DNA of 64,000 bases from Dehalococcoidia bacterium (GTDB taxonomy: Bacteria > Chloroflexota > Dehalococcoidia > Lucifugimonadales > UBA1123), in NCBI GenBank assembly GCA_965197695.1, contig OZ240222.1:1269588-1333587 (forward strand). The letters run 5' to 3'. Positions 1 to 8,690 of this stretch are shown piece after piece. A program made the position numbers and the translations under genes. The stretch's first letter is position 1. Every line of letters starts with the position of its first letter. The notes beneath the pieces are model-generated. The model ran no database searches, was not told where the DNA came from, and saw only the letters and a list, made by a program, of their open reading frames with translations.

Positions 1-2
1 TC

Positions 3-1634
3 TGGGCCGCGCTTGCCGCGGTAAGCGTCGCCTCCGTCGCCCAGCTGGTGGTCCAGGCGGCGGTCGTTTACGAATCGTCGGTCTTGGGCGCGGTCCGCGG
101 GCCGGTGTGGTCGCTGCTGTCGGAGACTGACTGGGGCCGGTTGTGGATATGGCGGCTCATCCTGACAGGATCGCTGGCCGAGTTGGTATTCATCAGCCGG
201 CGAAGGGCGATGAACACACGTTTGCTGATCCTCGCGGTCGCGTTAGCCGCCGGGGTGATGCTGACTATCAGCCTGACCAGTCACGCCGCAGCGACGCCGG
301 ACATCAGGGTCGAGGCGCTGCTGAACGACTTCGTTCACCTCGTCGCGGTCGCGATATGGGTCGGAGGTCTGGTCGGCCTGGCCATCCTGATACGGCTGAC
401 GTTCACGATCCTGGACGATCCGCAAAGAAGAGAGACGCTGGCGGTGACGGTCAAAAGGTTCTCACTGGTCGCCGGGCTGAGTGTGGCGGTAGTGGTGCTG
501 ACGGGAGTGTTCAACTCGTGGGCGCAGGTCACAGTGGTCGAGGCCATCCAGGCTCCGTACGGAAGGGCACTGGCCTTCAAGATCGTGACGTTTGTGGCGT
601 TGCTGCTAGTTGCCGCAGCCAATCTGATCTGGATTCGACCTCGATTGAGGGGTGACAGCCGCGCGTCCCGGTGGCTGAAACGTCTGGTGATTACCGAGTG
701 CGTGTTGGCCATGCTGGCGCTGCTGGCAGTGGGCTTCCTCACGTCGCTTGAGCCGGCGCGACAGGTGGCCTCGCGTGAGGGGATTGGCGTCACAGACGGT
801 TTCCGATTTCAGGATACGGTCGAGGGGACAGACATTGCGATCGAGATCGACCCCGGCAGAGTCGGACCGAACACCGTCGGAGTGTCAATCGACGATCGAT
901 TCGGGGAGCCGATCACAAACGCGGTTGACGTAAGGGTGCGCACATCCTACCTCGACGCGGACCTGGGCGAGACTCCAGTATCCGCCACGCCGGCAGGCCC
1001 GGGCCGGTACGTACTCGACAACCAGATCGTCAGCATCGCCGGGGCGTGGCAGGTCGAAGTCGTCGTCCAGCGCCCGAACGCGTTCGACGCCAGGACGGCG
1101 TTCAGATTCGAGGTGGCCGCATCGAGCGGAGGCAGTCTGGCAATCGCCCCGGATCGGGATACGGGTCGGACCCTGCTGGGAGTGGAGCTGGGCATCCTCG
1201 GGCTGATCTTCCTCGGCATAGGAATCCCACTGGGCGGGTGGTACAGCCGGTCCGGGGTGATCGTCATGGCGCCCGGCGTACTCGGAGTAATGGCTGGCAC
1301 AGTCATACTTTTCAACGCCTTCTCATCGGACGAAGGCGCGACGGCCAGAAACCCGGTCCCGCCGACACAGGAGTCGGTCGCGCTCGGGCGAGACCTGTAC
1401 GACTCCAACTGCCTGCAATGCCACGGTGAGACCGGAAGAGGCGATGGTCCGGCGGGCGCTGCCCTGGACCCGTCGCCAGCGGACCTTGTGGTCCACGTAC
1501 CACTCCACCCGGATCGGGCACTGTTCGAGTTCATCCGGGACGGGATAACGGGTTCAGCCATGATCGGATTGGGTAATAAGCTGTCCGATGAAGAAATCTG
1601 GCACGTTGTCAACTACATCCAGACCCTGGAGTAG
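3..1634 (+). CDS. CopD-family polytopic membrane protein with C-terminal cytochrome c domain (5' partial)
   Basis: The frame is open from nt 3, so the gene starts upstream of the window. It has many hydrophobic helices, a soluble beta-rich middle segment, and then CLQCHGETGRGDG (CxxCH haem-c motif). Stop TAG at 1632-1634. Confidence 0.6.
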   Translation, partial: WAALAAVSVASVAQLVVQAAVVYESSVLGAVRGPVWSLLSETDWGRLWIWRLILTGSLAELVFISRRRAMNTRLLILAVALAAGVMLTISLTSHAAATPDIRVEALLNDFVHLVAVAIWVGGLVGLAILIRLTFTILDDPQRRETLAVTVKRFSLVAGLSVAVVVLTGVFNSWAQVTVVEAIQAPYGRALAFKIVTFVALLLVAAANLIWIRPRLRGDSRASRWLKRLVITECVLAMLALLAVGFLTSLEPARQVASREGIGVTDGFRFQDTVEGTDIAIEIDPGRVGPNTVGVSIDDRFGEPITNAVDVRVRTSYLDADLGETPVSATPAGPGRYVLDNQIVSIAGAWQVEVVVQRPNAFDARTAFRFEVAASSGGSLAIAPDRDTGRTLLGVELGILGLIFLGIGIPLGGWYSRSGVIVMAPGVLGVMAGTVILFNAFSSDEGATARNPVPPTQESVALGRDLYDSNCLQCHGETGRGDGPAGAALDPSPADLVVHVPLHPDRALFEFIRDGITGSAMIGLGNKLSDEEIWHVVNYIQTLE

Positions 1635-1688
1635 TACCGTGTCCAGATAATGCTGACATATGCGGGAAATCGTCAGCACCCACCCGCT

Positions 1689-1760
1689 ATTCCCGCGCAC
1701 GCGGGAATCCATGTCTGGGAGCGATCATGAACATTGTCAAAACCACATGGACGCAGTAGT
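1689..1760. repeat. Intergenic hairpin repeat, copy A (core ATTCCCGCGCACGCGGGAAT)
   Basis: About 72 nt, roughly 60/72 identical to 6853-6925. Both copies lie just 3' of a stop codon, and each is preceded by a different local stem-loop. Confidence 0.6.
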
Positions 1761-3282
1761 AGCAGTGAGATTGGTTAGAGTCCTATTGGTATCGGCAGCG
1801 CTGGGAGTAGCCGCGCTGTCGGCGTCTCCGGTTTACGGCCACGCATTCGGACAGCGCTACGACCTCCCGATCCCGTTGAACTACTTTCTGATCGGAGCGG
1901 TGGCAACCGTCGCGCTGTCTTTCGTCGTGATCGGGATGTTCGTGCGCCGGCGGACCGCGTCGCCCGCATACCCGCGGCTGGACCTGTTGAGAGCGCCGAT
2001 CGTCGGAACGGTGATCTCCAGCCGTATCACGTCCATCACAATCCGGACGATCGCGGTGGCGGTTTTCCTGCTGGTGGTGGTGGCCGGGTTCGCGGGTACG
2101 AATCGGCCGGTGGAAAACATCTCTCCCACCTTCGTCTGGATTATCTGGTGGGTGGGGATGGGGTACGTCGTCGCGCTGTTCGGCAACGTCTGGACGTACC
2201 TGAATCCCTGGAAGATCACGTTCGAGTGGTACCGTAGGCTCCGCCGTCACTCCGGAGAGCCGGAGGACCCGCCGTTCAACTACCCGGACGGCTTCGAAGT
2301 CTGGCCCGCCGTGCTGCTGTTCTTCCTGTTCGCCTGGGCGGAGAACGTGTTCACCGGGGCGTTCCGTCCGTTTACGTTGTCGGTCATGGTGCTCACGTAC
2401 TCGGCGATCACCTGGGTCGGAATGGCGGCGTTCGGCAAGCACGCCTGGCTGAGAAACGCCGAGGCGTTCACGGTCCTCTTCGGGATATTCGCCAAGTTCT
2501 CCCCAACCGAGGTCCGGGTCACCGACCGGCGACTCTGCCGGGACTGCGGCTCCGGATGCGATGAGGAAGCCGGGTGTATCGACTGCTACGACTGCTACGA
2601 GAGGGCGCCTTCCGAGTCCCGGGAGCTGAACATCCGTCCGTTCGCCATCGGCCTGGCGCTGCCGAGCCGGATCACGGCGGGCGCGGCGGCATTCGTTATC
2701 CTCGCGCTGTCAGCGGTCACGTTCGATGGATTCCAGGACACCGAGACGTGGACGGACCTTCGCACCGGCCTTCTGACCACCACCACGGTGGACGTGGTGG
2801 ATACGGCAGCCCTGGTCGCCGCGCCGCTGATCTTCGCCGTCGTTTACCTGGGCTTCTCATGGGGCGTGAAGCTGCTGTCCGGCGGTCGGACATCCGTCCC
2901 GGTATTGGCGAGAGCGTTCGTGTTCTCTCTCGTGCCGATTGCGCTCGCGTACAATCTGGCCCACTTCATCACGCTGCTGCTGATAGAGGGGCAGAACATA
3001 ATCCCGCTGGCGTCCGACCCTCTTGGGTCCGGTTGGGACCTGTTCGGGACGGCGGACTACAGGCCACAGGCGAACATCATCAACGCCAAGGTCGTCTGGT
3101 TCATCAGCCTGATCGCGATCGTCCTGGGTCACGTGACCTCGGTGTACCTCGGTCACGTCGTCGCGCTCGCCCGCGCGCCGGCCTCGTCGAACGTACTCCG
3201 TGAACAGACCCCAATGCTGGCGCTGATGGTACTGTACACGGCCAGCAGCCTCTGGATCATCGCCCAGCCGATCGTGGGGTGA
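1747..3282 (+). CDS. Polytopic membrane protein with signal peptide, predicted N-terminal His and a 6-Cys loop
   Basis: ORF 1660-3282. I prefer ATG 1747 because 1660-1746 is the repeat element. MDAVVAVRLVRVLLVSAALGVAALSASPVYG/HAFG resembles a signal peptide. About 12 hydrophobic segments. CRDCGSGCDEEAGCIDCYDC is encoded at nt 2536-2595. Confidence 0.5.
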   Translation: MDAVVAVRLVRVLLVSAALGVAALSASPVYGHAFGQRYDLPIPLNYFLIGAVATVALSFVVIGMFVRRRTASPAYPRLDLLRAPIVGTVISSRITSITIRTIAVAVFLLVVVAGFAGTNRPVENISPTFVWIIWWVGMGYVVALFGNVWTYLNPWKITFEWYRRLRRHSGEPEDPPFNYPDGFEVWPAVLLFFLFAWAENVFTGAFRPFTLSVMVLTYSAITWVGMAAFGKHAWLRNAEAFTVLFGIFAKFSPTEVRVTDRRLCRDCGSGCDEEAGCIDCYDCYERAPSESRELNIRPFAIGLALPSRITAGAAAFVILALSAVTFDGFQDTETWTDLRTGLLTTTTVDVVDTAALVAAPLIFAVVYLGFSWGVKLLSGGRTSVPVLARAFVFSLVPIALAYNLAHFITLLLIEGQNIIPLASDPLGSGWDLFGTADYRPQANIINAKVVWFISLIAIVLGHVTSVYLGHVVALARAPASSNVLREQTPMLALMVLYTASSLWIIAQPIVG

Positions 3283-3339
3283 GGGTAGGCGTTGGAGTCC
3301 TCGCTTGTCGGACATTGATGCAGCCGTTAGACTCAGACT

Positions 3340-4716
3340 ATGGATAGCGTGACTATCAAGGACTACCGTTGCTTCCGCGGGGAGCAGACGGCGCAACTGG
3401 CTCCGCTGACGCTGCTCGTAGGCGAGAACAGCACGGGCAAAACCTCGTTCCTCGCGATTCTCCGTGCGCTGTGGGAGGTGGCGGTCAACGAAGCGGTCCC
3501 GGATTTCCGTAGACCGCCCTACGATCTCGGCGCTTCCAGCGAGATCGTGTACAACGACAGTAGCCGGACCGAGCAGCCTGATACTTTCCACGCAGGGTTT
3601 CGAGACTCTGGCTCGACGAATTCCAACGAGGTAGTATCATTCGACGTGACGTTCGAGGATCTCGATGGAGTAACGTTTCCCGTTTCGAGGTACGTGTCGG
3701 TAGATGACGTATCCTTTGAGGTTGCCGCTCGACCGGAGCAGAGTGGAGAGCTTCGACTTGGCATCGAAGACCGTAGCTGGAAAGTGGCCTCCGCGCTAGT
3801 TTGGTCCAACTCCAGTCGTGAACGGCTGTTTCCTATTGATCCGGTAATTTGGGACGCTTTGCGCATATTTGAGCGGAACGGACCACCGGGTTCGGTCCGA
3901 GAGGCAGCCGAGCAGTATGGAGGACTTTCACTTGATGAAGACGACATAGAGCGCATTGGAGAATCGCGACTACTATTGGAGTCTTGGCGGTTCCACCGAG
4001 GACACGTTCTTGGCGGCGACAGCGCGGCGCCGTTCGCGGGCGCGCCGGTCCGCTCGAAACCAAGGCGGACTTACGACCCGTCGCGACCAATCACTGACCC
4101 AGAGGGGGGAAATGTCCCTGCCTACTTGTCTATGATGTCGCGTCGCGATCCCGGCGCTTGGAAGAAGCTCAAAGAGCGTCTCGAACGGTTCGGAACTGAC
4201 TCTGGACTATTTGACGAAATCTCGATCGAGTCCTTCGGCCGGACGGGTGATGCCACTCCGTTCCAGATTCAGATTCGCAAATTTGGCAGAGAGATCAAGG
4301 GTAATCGCAGGAACTTGATCGACGTGGGATACGGCGTCAGCCAGGCGCTGCCGATCATCACTGAGCTGCTGCGTCCAGATGCGCCGTCGATGTTCCTGTT
4401 GCAGCAGCCGGAGGTGCATCTGCACCCGAGCGCGCAGGCCGCCCTCGGAAGTCTGTTCTGCTCAATCGCTGGACAGAAGCGGCAGCTGGTGGTCGAAACG
4501 CACAGCGACTACATCATCGACCGTGTACGAATGGATGTCCGGGATAAACGAACGGACCTAAAATCCGACGACGTTTCGATCCTGTACTTCGAGCGCGGCG
4601 AGCTTGATGTGAATATCCATTCGATCAGACTGGATGACTACGGCAACGTGCTGGACGCGCCGGAAGGCTATCGTCAATTCTTCGCGGATGAGCTACGCAG
4701 GTCCATCGGCATTTAG
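3340..4716 (+). CDS. ABC/AAA-type ATPase (AAA_21 / DUF3696-like C-terminus)
   Basis: Walker A GENSTGKT (aa 28-35), signature-like GYGVSQALPI, Walker B FLLQQPEVHLHP, H-loop VVETHSD. The C-terminal tail resembles what I recall as DUF3696. AT-richer than the neighbouring genes. Confidence 0.75.
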   Translation: MDSVTIKDYRCFRGEQTAQLAPLTLLVGENSTGKTSFLAILRALWEVAVNEAVPDFRRPPYDLGASSEIVYNDSSRTEQPDTFHAGFRDSGSTNSNEVVSFDVTFEDLDGVTFPVSRYVSVDDVSFEVAARPEQSGELRLGIEDRSWKVASALVWSNSSRERLFPIDPVIWDALRIFERNGPPGSVREAAEQYGGLSLDEDDIERIGESRLLLESWRFHRGHVLGGDSAAPFAGAPVRSKPRRTYDPSRPITDPEGGNVPAYLSMMSRRDPGAWKKLKERLERFGTDSGLFDEISIESFGRTGDATPFQIQIRKFGREIKGNRRNLIDVGYGVSQALPIITELLRPDAPSMFLLQQPEVHLHPSAQAALGSLFCSIAGQKRQLVVETHSDYIIDRVRMDVRDKRTDLKSDDVSILYFERGELDVNIHSIRLDDYGNVLDAPEGYRQFFADELRRSIGI

Positions 4717-5187
4717 ATGTGCGCGATCGTAGACGCAAGTGTCGGATACGAGGTTTTCATCGAGAGCAGTCAGTCCGCGGCGGGCAAGTTCTTTTTCGAC
4801 TGGTTGATGCGAAAGAACGGCGGAACCCTTGTTGCCGGGGGGAAGCTCCTGTGTGAGTTGAACCGGATCGCAGACTTCCAGCGGGTGTTCAGCGAGAGGT
4901 TGCAGGCAGGACGCGCCAGACGGATCCCCGACGAGGTTGTGGGCACCGCAACCGAGGCTATGCAATCACGTCGAATCTGCCGCTCCAACGACGAACACGT
5001 CATCGCGTTGGCGCAAATCAGTGGAGCGCGCCTCCTCTTCACAAACGACAATGCTCTACAGGACGACTTTCGGGATCGCCAGATCATTGGCGGCGCCAGA
5101 GGGCGAGTTTACACAACGGGACAGTCCAGGAACATTAGCGCGACGCACATCAGGCTTCTCAGGCGGCGCGACCTTTGTGACGGATAA
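4717..5187 (+). CDS. PIN-like nuclease domain protein
   Basis: ATG 4717 directly abuts the ATPase stop (TAGATG). Acidic residues sit at PIN-like positions: D6 (IVDAS), E48, D92/E93 (SNDEHVIALA) and D111 (FTNDN). Confidence 0.5.
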   Translation: MCAIVDASVGYEVFIESSQSAAGKFFFDWLMRKNGGTLVAGGKLLCELNRIADFQRVFSERLQAGRARRIPDEVVGTATEAMQSRRICRSNDEHVIALAQISGARLLFTNDNALQDDFRDRQIIGGARGRVYTTGQSRNISATHIRLLRRRDLCDG

Positions 5188-5203
5188 ACAGCCTAATAGC
5201 GCG

Positions 5204-5233
5204 TTGACCGCCCGTGCGACTGGTGCGTATAAT
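5204..5233 (+). promoter_or_regulatory. Putative sigma70-type promoter of the pur operon
   Basis: TTGACC (5204-5209), 18-nt spacer, TATAAT (5228-5233), upstream of purF. Confidence 0.4.
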
Positions 5234-5328
5234 CGGTCTGCGGTCCACGTTCGCCGCTCTCGGGATTGTGGCCGACTACTCCCCGAGACCGACACGCGGG
5301 CCGAAACGAAGCACTGGCAACCGGGTCT

Positions 5329-6807
5329 ATGGAGCGGAGTCCCATCGGTCCTGACAGCCATCTCCTGCACCGCGCAGGTCACTCATTAGAAACTTCCGAC
5401 AGCGCCCGCGAGGCGTGCGGAGTTGTGGGTGTGTACCATCCGGGCGAGGACGTTGCCCGGATAGCATTCTTCGGTATCTACGCCCTGCAGCACAGGGGCC
5501 AGGAAAGCTCAGGGATCGCCGCCTCCGACGGATCGACCCTGCGTAACCGGACCGGGATGGGCCTCATCAACCGGGCGTTCGAAGAGGATGATCTCGTCGA
5601 TCTGCCGGGTCACCTCGCCATCGCTCACACACGCTACTCCACGACCGGCTCGTCCCGTATCGTCAACGCGCAGCCGATTGTGGCCAGGGGGCCGGACGTC
5701 GAGCTGGCGCTGGCGCACAACGGCAATGTGATCAACGCCGTTTTCCTGCGCCGGGAGATGGAGGATCAAGGGTTCACGTTCAACGGGACCAGCGATACTG
5801 AAATCATCGCCAGCCTGCTCGCCAACGCCCCCGCCGGAGACTGGGAAGGTCGCGTCTCATACCTGATGCGCAAGCTCAAGGGGGCCTACTCGCTGACCGT
5901 GCTCACCAGGACCCAGCTCCTGGGGATTCGTGACCCACTGGGCGTCAGGCCGCTGTGCATCGGCAAGTTGACCGACGGCTGGGTGATGGCGTCCGAGTCA
6001 TGCGCGCTGGACCACGTGGGCGCGCAATTCGTCAGGGACGTCCAGCCCGGAGAAGCTGTGCTGATCGACGAATACGGCCTCCGCACAGTGAAGGCGCCAA
6101 GCGGCGATGGCCGGCGCGCAAGCTGTGTCTTCGAAAACATCTACTTCTCACGACCCGACAGCGTACTCGACGGGCGTCTGGTGTACAGCGACCGCATGAG
6201 GATGGGCGCGGAGCTCGCGCGGGAACACCCTGTCGAGGCCGATATGGTCATCGGTGTTCCGGATTCGGCGACCGCGGCGGCGGTGGGGTACGCCCAGGAG
6301 ACCGGCATCCCCTACGGCGAGGGACTCGTCAAGAACCGCTACGTTGGCCGGACGTTTATCGAGCCCAACCAGCGGTTCCGGGACTTGGGAGTCCGGCGGA
6401 AGCTGAACCCGCTGTCCGAGATCATCCGCGGCAAGCGACTCGTGGTCGTGGACGACAGCATCGTGAGAGGGACCACGACCCCGCACGTCGTCAAGCTGCT
6501 GCGGAGAGGCGGCGCCGCGGAGATCCACCTCAGAATTACGGCGCCCCCGATCATATCGACCTGCCACTTCGGGGTCGATATGGCCTCCAAGAGTGAGCTG
6601 ATTGCCGCGAACCTGTCCGTTGAGGAGATCAGGCAGATGGTCCAGGCGGACTCGCTCGGATATCTCAGCGTAGAGGGGTTGTCCCGCGCGGTGTACGGGT
6701 CAGACCGGACCTACTGCATGGGATGTTTCACCGGCGAGTACCCAATCCCCGTCCAGTTGGAGATGGACAAGCTGGTAATGGAGGCTCAAGAGATCGGCGC
6801 GGACTAG
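5329..6807 (+). CDS. purF: Amidophosphoribosyltransferase
   Basis: CGVVGVY N-terminal nucleophile motif, PRTase motif VVVDDSIVRGTT, C-terminal Cys residues. The start is uncertain (TTG 5266 or ATG 5329). Either start implies a propeptide before the Cys. Confidence 0.9.
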   Translation: MERSPIGPDSHLLHRAGHSLETSDSAREACGVVGVYHPGEDVARIAFFGIYALQHRGQESSGIAASDGSTLRNRTGMGLINRAFEEDDLVDLPGHLAIAHTRYSTTGSSRIVNAQPIVARGPDVELALAHNGNVINAVFLRREMEDQGFTFNGTSDTEIIASLLANAPAGDWEGRVSYLMRKLKGAYSLTVLTRTQLLGIRDPLGVRPLCIGKLTDGWVMASESCALDHVGAQFVRDVQPGEAVLIDEYGLRTVKAPSGDGRRASCVFENIYFSRPDSVLDGRLVYSDRMRMGAELAREHPVEADMVIGVPDSATAAAVGYAQETGIPYGEGLVKNRYVGRTFIEPNQRFRDLGVRRKLNPLSEIIRGKRLVVVDDSIVRGTTTPHVVKLLRRGGAAEIHLRITAPPIISTCHFGVDMASKSELIAANLSVEEIRQMVQADSLGYLSVEGLSRAVYGSDRTYCMGCFTGEYPIPVQLEMDKLVMEAQEIGAD

Positions 6808-6852
6808 CACAGTGTCCACATGAATATGATAGATACTGTGCCATTACTCGTC

Positions 6853-6925
6853 ATTCCCGCGCACTCGGGAATCCAAGTCTGGGAGCGGTCGTGAACATTG
6901 TCAAACCCATCTGGGCGTAGTGCTA
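6853..6925. repeat. Intergenic hairpin repeat, copy B (core ATTCCCGCGCACTCGGGAAT)
   Basis: Matches 1689-1760. Lies between the purF stop (6807) and the purN start. Confidence 0.6.
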
Positions 6926-6937
6926 GCACCGGTCCGG

Positions 6938-7591
6938 ATGAATGAGCGGCAGGCTCCTGTGCTGACGAGAAAGCTCCGACTCGCCGTGTTGGCTTCGCAT
7001 GGCGGCACCAATCTTCAGGCGATCATCGACGCCTGTCGCGACGGCTCGCTGGATGCCGAAATCCGCGTGGTGATTTCAAACAACTCACGCTCACTCGCGT
7101 TGGAACGCGCGCGCAAAGCCGGCATCCCCACGATGCACCTGAGCTCCGTTACCCACGCAGACCCCGGGGCGCTGGATGAATCGATTACGGATACTCTGCT
7201 CGCCCACGGAACAGAGGTGGTCGTGCTTGCCGGATACATGAAGAAGCTGGGAGCGCGGTGCCTCCGCGCCTACCGCAATCGGGTCCTCAACGTGCATCCG
7301 GCGCTGCTTCCGAAATTCGGCGGCCCCGGCATGTACGGCGATCGGGTCCACGCGGCCGTGCTCGAATCCGGCGACCCGGTGTCAGGCGCAACGGTCCACC
7401 TGGTGGACGAGGAGTACGACCAGGGACCGATCATCTCCCAAGGAGAGGTCCCCGTCCGCCCCGGCGACACTGTCGATACGCTGGCGGCGCGGGTCTTGCG
7501 TCAGGAACACTCACTATACGCGACAACCCTACAACGGATCGCCGCGGGCGAAATAGACCTCGATCATGTTGCAGACCGCGACCGCGGCTAG
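6938..7591 (+). CDS. purN: Phosphoribosylglycinamide formyltransferase
   Basis: LAVLASHGGTNLQAIIDA and NVHPALLPKFGG motifs. The listed ORF starts at GTG 6920 inside the repeat, so ATG 6938 or GTG 6959 is more likely. Confidence 0.85.
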   Translation: MNERQAPVLTRKLRLAVLASHGGTNLQAIIDACRDGSLDAEIRVVISNNSRSLALERARKAGIPTMHLSSVTHADPGALDESITDTLLAHGTEVVVLAGYMKKLGARCLRAYRNRVLNVHPALLPKFGGPGMYGDRVHAAVLESGDPVSGATVHLVDEEYDQGPIISQGEVPVRPGDTVDTLAARVLRQEHSLYATTLQRIAAGEIDLDHVADRDRG

Positions 7592-7606
7592 GAGCGCAAT
7601 CTTCCG

Positions 7607-8620
7607 ATGACCGAACAGACCTACAAGCAGGCGGGAGTCGATCTCGAAGCGTCGCGGGACGTGAAGCGCCGTATCCAGGATATCGTGGCGCGTACGCACG
7701 GTCCCGAGGTGCTGGCCGGAGTCGGAGCATTCGGCGCGCTGTACTCGTTCTCCGGATTCCGGGAGCCGGTATTGGTGTCAAGCACTGACCCGGTCGGGAC
7801 CAAGCTCAAGCTGGCGGTCATGACCGGCCGGTTCGACGGGATCGGGGAAGACCTCGTCAACGCATGCGTCAACGACGTGATCGTATGCGGAGCGCGGCCC
7901 CTGCTGTTCCTCGACTATATCAACATGAGCGAGCTTCGGCCCGACGTGGTGACGACCCTGGTCGAGGGAATGGCGAGAGCGTGCGAGGAGGTCGGCTGCG
8001 CGCTGATCGGAGGCGAGACCGCCGAGATGCCGGGCGTGTTCGCGGACGATAACTTCGACGTCTCGGGGTTCGTCCTCGGGGTGGTCGAACGGGCCGAGAT
8101 GATCGACACGTCCCGGATCGCGGCGGGCGACGTTCTCGTGGGGATTCCGTCCAACGGCCTGCACACCAACGGGTACTCGCTGGTCCGGCATGTGTACGGT
8201 CTGGACATCGACCCGGCTCCGCTCGCGGAGTACCGCCCCGAGCTTGGAGAGACGCTCGGAGACGCGCTTCTAAGGCCGCACCCGCCGTACTTCAACATGC
8301 TGAAGCCGGTATTCGGCATGGTCAGGGGGATTGCGCACATCACCGGCGGCGGCCTGATCGAGAACGTCCCCAGGATACTCCCGGACGGGACGGCAGCCAG
8401 GTTCGACACGTCGTCGTGGCCGGTCCCACCGGTATTCACCCTGATCCAGGAAGACGGCGGCGTCTCCCGTGACGAGATGTACCGCGTGTTCAACATGGGA
8501 CTCGGAATGGTGCTCGCCTGCGACAGGAGCCGCCTGCCCGACGTTCTCGCGCTGCTCCCTGACGCGCGGGAGGTTGGCGAGGTTGCTCCCGATGACGGCC
8601 GGGGACGTGCTATTCTATAG
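7607..8620 (+). CDS. purM: Phosphoribosylformylglycinamidine cyclo-ligase (AIR synthetase)
   Basis: YKQAGVDLEA start, DPVGTKLK, and GGETAEMPG motifs. Confidence 0.9.
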   Translation: MTEQTYKQAGVDLEASRDVKRRIQDIVARTHGPEVLAGVGAFGALYSFSGFREPVLVSSTDPVGTKLKLAVMTGRFDGIGEDLVNACVNDVIVCGARPLLFLDYINMSELRPDVVTTLVEGMARACEEVGCALIGGETAEMPGVFADDNFDVSGFVLGVVERAEMIDTSRIAAGDVLVGIPSNGLHTNGYSLVRHVYGLDIDPAPLAEYRPELGETLGDALLRPHPPYFNMLKPVFGMVRGIAHITGGGLIENVPRILPDGTAARFDTSSWPVPPVFTLIQEDGGVSRDEMYRVFNMGLGMVLACDRSRLPDVLALLPDAREVGEVAPDDGRGRAIL

Positions 8621-8690
8621 CTACTTGAGGTGACTGTATGCTGGACGACTGGCAATCGCAGTAGCAGGTCAACAGTAGGAGGGCGTCACA

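Noticed and set aside
1689-1708. The repeat hairpin ATTCCCGCGCACGCGGGAAT resembles the Neisseria dRS3/NIME repeat ATTCCCNNNNNNNNGGGAAT.
   Set aside because: The host is clearly unrelated (high-GC, different gene content). The resemblance is a short palindrome and is probably coincidental. I kept it only as a generic REP-like repeat.
5188-5328. Possible ZTP (pfl) riboswitch upstream of purF, suggested by a GACTGGTGCG string resembling the GACUGGCG core.
   Set aside because: The 3' pseudoknot partner (CCGCCUGGGC-like) is absent. The same string is better explained as the spacer of a TTGACC-18-TATAAT promoter.
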